Positions 1 through 64,000 of a stretch of DNA of 64,000 nucleotides are shown piece by piece. Within the stretch, counting starts at the first letter, position 1. The number at the start of each line of letters is the position of its first letter. The DNA comes from the human T2T-CHM13v2.0 reference genome, Homo sapiens. The stretch is taken from the NCBI RefSeq assembly GCF_009914755.1, contig NC_060927.1; one strand, 5' to 3'. The position numbers and the translations under genes were made by a program. Below the pieces are notes generated by a model that was given only the letters and a program-made list of their open reading frames with translations, was not told the origin of the DNA and did not search any database.

Positions 1-523
1 AATTATAATTTGAAGCAAAATACCAATTTAAGTAATCTAAAGTATATGAATTTGATTAAAGTACAATAACAACTTAAAAAAAAAAATCTGAAGTGGGTGC
101 CTGCCACAGGGATGATTTCAGGCATCTGTTAAAAGCAGATCGTTTTGTAAATGTAATCCTCATTGTGGAAAGCCTCTTGGCTAATTATGGGGAAAGACTG
201 CATCACCAAAGTAACTGAAAGGGTTTTTGGACCTACGTCGGATAACAAGCTTGTACAAGCTACTCAGAGCCTCCTTCCCTCCACTCAAAGGAAGGCCAAG
301 GAAAGGGCATGAGTCAGGGACCACCCAAGAGATGGAAGCCTCACCAGATTCCAGCCTGGGGGAACAGTGTCCACAATACCCTAGGCCAATGATTCCCAGA
401 TTTTCCCATCATTCTTTTTAGACTTAAGAGACTAACCTAAGATAGTTTTATAATTCTCCATACAAAACAAGAGACTAATTTGAGAGAGTAACTAGAATGC
501 TAAGTTTTGTGTTTTTTATCTGA

Positions 524-869
<346 letters not shown>

Positions 870-1121
870 TGAATTCTCAGTTTTCTGAGACTATGTTAAT
901 GGTCCTCTTTGACATATATTTATAAAGAATTTGCAAGTGTGTGGAAAATAATTCAGATATCTACCACTTACTGACCACTGGGCTGGGTTGTATATTAATT
1001 TACCCATAACTTTTTGAAACTGGCAAGGTAAATACTATAATTCTTATTTTTGTGGAGAAAGGAACATGATCTCAGAGAGGTTAAGAAACTTAGAAGATTA
1101 AAAAATGGATCAGCTTTAGTT

Positions 1122-1593
<472 letters not shown>

Positions 1594-1647
1594 TTTATTG
1601 GTTCTGGTTTACTTCATAACCTCTACTATTTCTTTTTGTGTCTATAG

Positions 1648-2013
<366 letters not shown>

Positions 2014-2047
2014 TAGTGGAGTGGCCCGGAATCTCTGGACACAACAG

Positions 2048-2066
2048 AGACCGGCAGGGGGCGCAA
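2048..2066 (+). promoter_or_regulatory. Candidate CTCF binding site
   Basis: agaCCGGCAGGGGGCGCaa closely matches the CTCF core CCASYAGRKGGCRC and sits in a small non-repeat patch that retains CpGs. Confidence 0.6.
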
Positions 2067-2259
2067 GAGCGCCAGGAAGAAGAGTGGGAAAACAAGTAGC
2101 AGTGAAGCCCAAGGGCAATGTCAGGGCCCTAGGAGACAGGAAGTTCTGGTATCCCTGGGACAGTTCTGGGGTATGCCTGTGGTACTGACGCAATTATTAT
2201 AGAGTCTTCTTTTGCATTAATAAATCCCTATTTGAACAATAAACTATAGGCTGACCTTT

Positions 2260-2420
2260 TGTAACAGCAGCTAACATTTAAAAAACACTTACCTCAAGTC
2301 ATTATAGACATTAACTCATTTAATCCTCACAAGGCTGGGAAGTCATAGGGGACCCAGTATCATTCCTATTTGTTCTTGAGAAAACAGAGCTTTGCAGCAG
2401 CGAAGTGGGGGAGCCATAAG
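2260..2420. mobile_element. MIR fragment
   Basis: aactcatttaatcctcac...tatcattcctattt...tgagaaaacagag resembles the MIR core. Confidence 0.55.
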
Positions 2421-3138
2421 CGGTACATGGATCCGTCTCACTCTGCACCCTATATATACTCTTAACTCTTTTATGGTACTGGTCACAGCCTGAAGACCAC
2501 TGAGAGAAACTTTTTCATGAATGGTAAAATACATCACAAATTAATTCTATATTTTGAAAAGTGCTACTTCTTATTTGCCATAATGAATATTATCATTGAT
2601 CTTAGTTAAAATGTAAAAACACAATTTAAAGGAAGCAAAGAATGTGCCAGGCATTTTCATGTCTATTCATACATTCATTAATAAACAGAAGCATGCATAA
2701 CTATGATATAGCAAAACAAAGAAATAATTGGTTTAATGCCACATGTTGACCTAAAATATTTCCGTAATAAACTATGACGGTGAATCACCAATGAATCTAC
2801 CTTGTCCCAGACCCACAGTGCTGGGCTAACTTATCACAGTTACTTGCTCAGAGTTACCACATACATGCAGCACGTCATAGGTTGGGCCCAGACACTGCCA
2901 CACACATATAATACAGACAGCACAGTGCCTGGCACAAGACAGGGGACCACAGAGGGTGAGGGTTGGAGCGCACACTAGTGGAAGATTGCACCCATGGTTC
3001 AGGAGGTGTTTCATGTGCCCCAAGGAAGCCAGCCTTTGAGGGGTGCAACTAATAAAGTGCATCCTTCTTGAGTTTGCAAATGATATGAAAATGTTAACAG
3101 AAGGCCAGCCCTGCACCCATCCCTAGTTCTCCACTCAC

Positions 3139-46401
<43,263 letters not shown>

Positions 46402-46789
46402 CTAAATGACTTCTTTCATCTCTGCTCTGCACTTTCTGCCTCTTCAGGGATCTCACCCATCAATTATCTACTCTGTCTCCGGAATTTTCAACTATTCCAT
46501 TGGCCCTTTCCCTTCAGTTTTTCTGCCCATTTGGCATTATAGAGTTAATTTTCCCCCTAATTCCACATATAAAAATCAAATTCTATTTCTTGTACCCACT
46601 CAGCAAGTCCTAGTACCCAAATCTGCTTCTCCTTCCTGTTCTCACTCGATATATGACTGAGCCCTCTTATACGATCATCGAATCCACCCAGTGATCTAAT
46701 CTAGAAATGATCTTCAGATCTTCACTCCATCTCCTCCTCATTCAACTGACCACCATATTTGTTATTTCCTTATTCTAGTTCCTTTATGC

Positions 46790-47325
46790 TAGTGGTCCCC
46801 AACCGTTTTAGCACCAGGAACTGGTTTCGTGGAAGACAGTTTTTCCACAGACAGGGGTGAAGGGAGGTATGGTTTTGCAATGATTCCAGAATATTACATT
46901 TATTGTGCACTTTATTTCTATTATTATTACACTGTAGTATATAATGAATTAGTTATACAAATCATCACAATGTGGAATCAGTGGGAGCCTTGGGCTTGTT
47001 TTCCTGCTACTAGAGAGTCCCATCTGGGAGTGATGGGAGATAGTGACAGTTCATCAGGCATTAGATTCTCATAAGGAGTGTGCAACCTAGATCCCTCACA
47101 TGCACAGTTCACAATAGGGTTTGTGCTCCTATGATAATCTAATGCCGCTGCTGATCTGACAGGAGGCGGAGCTCAGGCAGTGATGCGAGTGATGGGGAGT
47201 GGCTGCAAATACAGATGAAGCTTTGCTCACTCACTGGCTTGCCTGCCTGCCACTCACCTCCTGCTGTGTGGCCCAGCTCCTAACAGGCCACGGACTGGTA
47301 CCTGGTGGCCAGTTGGGGACCCCTG
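46790..47325 (+). mobile_element. MER1A (hAT-Charlie) full length
   Basis: Termini tagtggtccccaacc ... gttggggacccctg with a perfect 8-bp hAT TSD ctttatgc at 46782-46789 and 47326-47333. Confidence 0.92.
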
Positions 47326-47393
47326 CTTTATGCTGCTGGCACTCGTTTAATTTGCAACTTCATATCTGGTTTGAATACAGTTACCCTCTAACT

Positions 47394-47569
47394 CAGTGAT
47401 TCACAATACTGGCTGTCCGGTGGAATCACCTGGGGAACAATGAACAATACCAATTCCTAGGTTCCAATCCTAGAGCTGCTGATATAATTGATCTGGGGTG
47501 AACCTGGGCATCGGGCCATTAAATGTTCTCCAGACAGTTCCAATGTGCAGCCAGGGCTGAGCACCACGG
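47394..47569. mobile_element. MER5-like hAT element
   Basis: cagtgattcacaa...gaatcacctgggga...tgcagccagggctgagcaccac. Confidence 0.75.
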
Positions 47570-48094
47570 CTCTTACTAGATATCCTACCTCTAACAGCTT
47601 TCCTAGCCACTCCATGCATCTATAACAAACCAGTCTTTCAACTGGCAAAACTGTTCTGAACACTCCCCTAATAATGGTTTTTAAGGACTCCACAACACTT
47701 CCTAAATGCCTCTCAGACTCCTCAACATGGCACAAAAGCTCGCAGTGGAGATCCCACCCCTGCCTCCTTTCACAGTTTCATCTTCAGCTGCTCCCTCCAC
47801 ATGTACCCCACAATCCAACCAGATTAAATACTTTACATTTCCAGAGAGGCCCCAATTCAACCACCTGGCTTTGTTATACACCTTTCCTTCTGCTGAGAAG
47901 GCCCTTCTCTACTGAGCCAACTCCTACCTACTAGCACTTCAAAATGGATGGATTCCACACCATTTTCTGAGCAATTATTATGTCCCCAGAGTGTTTCAGA
48001 GGTTTCCTACATATACATACATATACGTATGTACATATATACATACGCATATAAAGTGTATATATATATACACACACATATATATGCACACATA

Positions 48095-48214
48095 CACACT
48101 GTTGTCCTAAGCATCAATGAGGAAAAAAGTATACACATATATATACATTTTATGTGTGTGTATGTATGTGTGTATATTTTTTCCTCATCGATGCTTAGGA
48201 CAGACAACAGTGTG
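48095..48214. repeat. 120-nt inverted repeat (fold-back hairpin) next to (TA/CA)n low-complexity DNA (from about 48007)
   Basis: The left arm cacactgttgtcctaagcatcaatgaggaaaaaagtatacac is the reverse complement of the right arm gtgtatattttttcctcatcgatgcttaggacagacaacagtgtg, apart from a 4-nt indel, a 1-nt indel and 1 mismatch. Confidence 0.92.
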
Positions 48215-48757
48215 AAATAGATTATTAGTGACCCTATTTTGTACATTAAGAAATTGAGATTGAGATTAAATACAAGGTCCCATAGTAGTGAAGCCGACAG
48301 CTCCACCTCCAAAGCCTCTGCTCTATGCATCTCCTTCTTGTTAAAAGCTGTCCCATCCCCTGTGGTCTAAATTCTGGATATTCCTCTTCTGGCTTCTCAT
48401 AAAACCTGTTATTACTGACTTGCAATTCTATTATAAATGGGCTACGTCTCTCAGCTTTGTATCCCAGCATCTAGTTTAGTCCTTGGCACAAAACAGGTGC
48501 ACAAATGATAAAAACTGTTTGATCAGCAAAGATTGAAAGTATTACCTTTCCTAATCTGGATGCCAAACTTCCTGCAATACAGTTTAATTACAACCCTTAT
48601 TATTTTTCCAACCAAGATCATAACTCATCCTGAGTTTGAAATCAATTTAAACAGCAGGTCCTTTGTTTATTTTGCTTTTAACATGACTGAACTGGTATTA
48701 TCAAATAAAGTTTCCCTACCTTGTAATTGTGCAACTGATTTTCTTAAAACAAAATGT

Positions 48758-50943
<2,186 letters not shown>

Positions 50944-51281
50944 GAAGTGAGGAAAACAAGGAAAAAAAAAAAACAACAAACTTTTTTAAAAAGGAAACCT
51001 TTTTGCATACTAGACTGATAAAAAATTAACAAGTCTGATAATGCACTGAGTTGGTAAGGATGTGGCAAAACAGGCACATTTTAAAAGTACTGACTTGGCA
51101 CCTACTATTCTATGTCAAGAACTAAGGCTAAGCATTAGGATATTCAGTGAACAAGTAACACTGTTCCCTGCACTCAAGGGACTAACATACTTTGTTAGTG
51201 AAGGGAATACTGTAGAGCCTTTCTGGAGGTTCTGACAATGTGTTGATTTTAATTAGAGAGGAATAAACTGACCCTTGTTAG

Positions 51282-53770
<2,489 letters not shown>

Positions 53771-54019
53771 CATAAATAAGTTAAAATGACCTAGACTGTG
53801 GTGGTGTATGTGTTTGCTGAAGTCCCAGAACACTAGGCTAAAAGGGGTGATTCTACTGTATGTAAACTATACCTTAATAAAATGATGGAAAAATGTAACT
53901 TGTGCGAGTTCATATTAATTAGTAAGATGCTAACTATAGATTACACCATCTTCTTGCTTTTCTTCTTCTGTCACCTCAACTGGCCCTTAAAAAAAAATAC
54001 AGGTAGTTCATCTTCTTGT

Positions 54020-56680
<2,661 letters not shown>

Positions 56681-56822
56681 GGTAAGTACATGAATGTCTA
56701 CATGGAAGTATATATACAAATTCATAAAACTAGAGTGTACAGTGAAAACTGAGTCTCCTGCCATCCCGAATCACCACCAAAATATTCCCTTCCTTAGTGA
56801 CAGCTGTGGTGCCAGTTTGTAG

Positions 56823-60325
<3,503 letters not shown>

Positions 60326-61832
60326 TAGTTTTCACTTTATTTACTAACTAGTATTACCTACCTGCACATGCACATTACACCACTGTTATGTTTTATTTTG
60401 ATGCATTTGTACTGAACCATGTTCGCCAAAAGTCACTAAGATTAAATACAAAGTTAATCACTATTACAAAACTTTTTAACTGAATGACCTCAACATCACT
60501 ATAATTGGGATGGGTGACAAAGAGAAGATAAAAAAGTTCATAATATCTCCAAAGTATAATGGTTAAAGTGACCTCTGGAACCTTCCTCTTTCTATTTGGT
60601 TCTAAATGGAGATCAGGCATCCCATTGTGCAAAGATAAGGACAGAAAATCTGACACGCACATTCCTACATATCACATACACGGAAGGAAAAGCCTGAATG
60701 TTTCTGCAGCTGCCAGAACATAGAGAACTTTCAGGATTCACCCAAATGGATCACCTAACCAGAATCTTTCCAAAGGATCCTTGAAATGACCATAATATTA
60801 AGTGTATTTATAGCTCTATGGTCATATTTCTAAATGAATAAATCTTATATGTCAGTCTTTCCTACATACTTTCCCTAGAAGATCAAACCTGTTCTCTTGG
60901 CTTTGTTGAACATTTTCACTTAGGGGACACTTTCTAAAAACGATTAGCTAGCTCCCTCCTTTTCTTGTATCTAGAACCATGAATGCCCTAAATTCTTAAA
61001 TTTGAAAGGAGAAAAACATTTTTTCTTCTCCATCTTACCACATTGCAAGATTTAAACAGTATCTCCTCATTGCTTAAGCAAACTCCTCAATTCAAGCTCT
61101 GGTATCTGGAATATTATAATTGGTTTCATTTAGTTCATCAAACCTAAAAGATCTTAGAAATCACTAAGGTCACTTGCAGGGCCCTTCTCCTTCAATAATT
61201 TTTTAAGTGTTCACCCAAAAACATTTGTCTCATCTGTAGGTTTGATACTGCTGGTTTTTCATTGGCTTCTTTATCTTTAGTTAAAATATGTCCTTTTGAA
61301 ATCTTTTTTCTGTTAGCATATTCAGTCAAGGAAACTTTTTAATTGTTCAATTTCTCATTTTTCTTCCACCTGCTCAACTAAAATTTCCTAGTTTTGAAAT
61401 GTATCTTCTGATTAATAATTGAGGAAGTTTACTGTATGTCCTCAAACAACTTGATCCTCCCAATCCTTCCCGGCAGTTCTTCCCAAATATGAGTGATCAC
61501 AAGATTCACTACAAAGGGAAGAGAGGTGTCTCTTATTCAAAACACACACTCCTGAGCTCCACTGGACACCTAAAGATTCAAAAATTAGGTGGAGAATTTG
61601 TATTTTTAAGTGCCTCAGATGATTCTTATGGTCTGGTAAGACTCTTTGTTCAAATTAAGGAAATAACGAAATGCAAGTGGACTCTAGTACACTGAACTTA
61701 TTTCTATTCTCATTTTAAAAGAGTCTGAGTGACCCTTATTTCTTCTGTTTCTTGTTCTTAAGTGTTATATTTTTTCACTGTTTAGCCCATTTTCAATCAC
61801 CACTGTTAGCACCATCACAACAGTCAATACAC

Positions 61833-61846
61833 CCACCAGATGGCAC
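61833..61846 (+). promoter_or_regulatory. Candidate CTCF binding site
   Basis: CCACCAGATGGCAC matches the CTCF core consensus and lies in apparently unique sequence. Confidence 0.5.
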
Positions 61847-62167
61847 ACAGACACTGTTTACAGGCCTAGTAAAAGAGAAAGCACAGAAAGCAGCACATTT
61901 TATCTCATACCAACAGCCACTGAATGGCTAGAGTTGATCAAGACAGCTGAGTGCAACCACAAGGATCAGAATTTATGAGTACTCAAATACCCAAGAGTAC
62001 TTCACTGGAAATTACTCTCATGAAGAAGCTCACAGTCCGAGAGGGTAGCCAGACAGGGGTAACAGATAAATCCTTTTAAATTTACAGTTAAGTGAGATAT
62101 TTTTCTAATATTTATAAGAGGTGACCATGACTGCAGACAGACTTTGAATTAAAAAGCTGGGTTCCTG

Positions 62168-63422
<1,255 letters not shown>

Positions 63423-64000
63423 CATTAAAAGATTTTTGAGAACTTTTATAAATAAGTTCTACTGTGTCTACCTGGCACACAGTAAGTGCTCACTTAGTGG
63501 TCTGTTCATTTTTCTGTCAGAGAAATTGCCAAGAGTTGCCAAATTTTCACTACAAGTGAGCAAAGTGCCAAAACCAAAGTCCCCGGTTGATAGTCTCCAG
63601 CTTTAGAGTTACCATGTAAAAATTCATTTGAAAATTGGTTTCTTGAAACTTGGTAGAAAGAAACAACATAATTACATGACAGGTTCCTGGATCAGTTCAC
63701 AAAACATAGTTAATTCATAATATACTCAAAGCACCATACTCATACTGGTCTACCTGCTCCTCAACAATGTAAAAGGTTTTCTCTTCAGAGAAATATAGGC
63801 ATCAGGCACATCTCCCCTCTTACTCCACTCCAGAGATGAGAAATTTCAAGGTGGCTGTTATTTCTAGTTGCATATGTATATGTAAGGCAGAAAAAAAAGG
63901 CTAAATCATTGACCTCTCTGGGTATTCTGAATCGGGTTACAATAAATAGGTAAGGCTCAGGTTCCTCTAAGACCTCAGTTTTGTGATAAAGAGTTCATAC

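Noticed and set aside
248-261. 14-bp palindrome agcttgtacaagct
   Set aside because: A few palindromes of this length are expected by chance in 64 kb, and there is no supporting context.

Overview
Human (hominoid) genomic DNA inside the TFDP2 gene (transcription factor DP-2, the E2F dimerisation partner), which is transcribed on the minus strand. Seven internal coding exons are present: 44769-44872, 34349-34470, 32867-32914, 17849-18011, 13377-13520/13523, 9400-9468 and 3139-3290. Together they give 802 nt in one frame (about residues 28-295: NLS, winged-helix DNA-binding domain with the RRRVYD motif, coiled coil and start of the marked box). All have canonical AG/GT borders. The gene's start and end lie outside the window. 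The rest is intron: about 60 Alus, a 5'-truncated L1PA2-type L1, a two-LTR MaLR (MST-like) provirus, an ERV1-type solo LTR, DNA-transposon fossils (Tigger3-, Tigger2a/MER28-, MER1A-, MER33- and MER5-like), MIR/L2/L1M relics, a Y1 RNA pseudogene and a ~1 kb palindromic AT-rich minisatellite. Nearly all ORF-track ORFs are Alu or low-complexity artefacts. I see no new multi-gene system. The most unusual signals are (i) a near-exact copy of the splice acceptor and first codons of the coiled-coil exon pasted into an LTR 1.7 kb upstream, where it opens a 100-codon in-frame reading frame, (ii) several fold-back or templated-insertion scars including a 120-nt hairpin, (iii) a candidate poison exon next to the NLS cassette exon, and (iv) a probable short L1 3' transduction. 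Repeat subfamily names and exon numbers come from my recall of consensus sequences, not from a search. Repeat coordinates are approximate unless a target-site duplication (TSD) is quoted.
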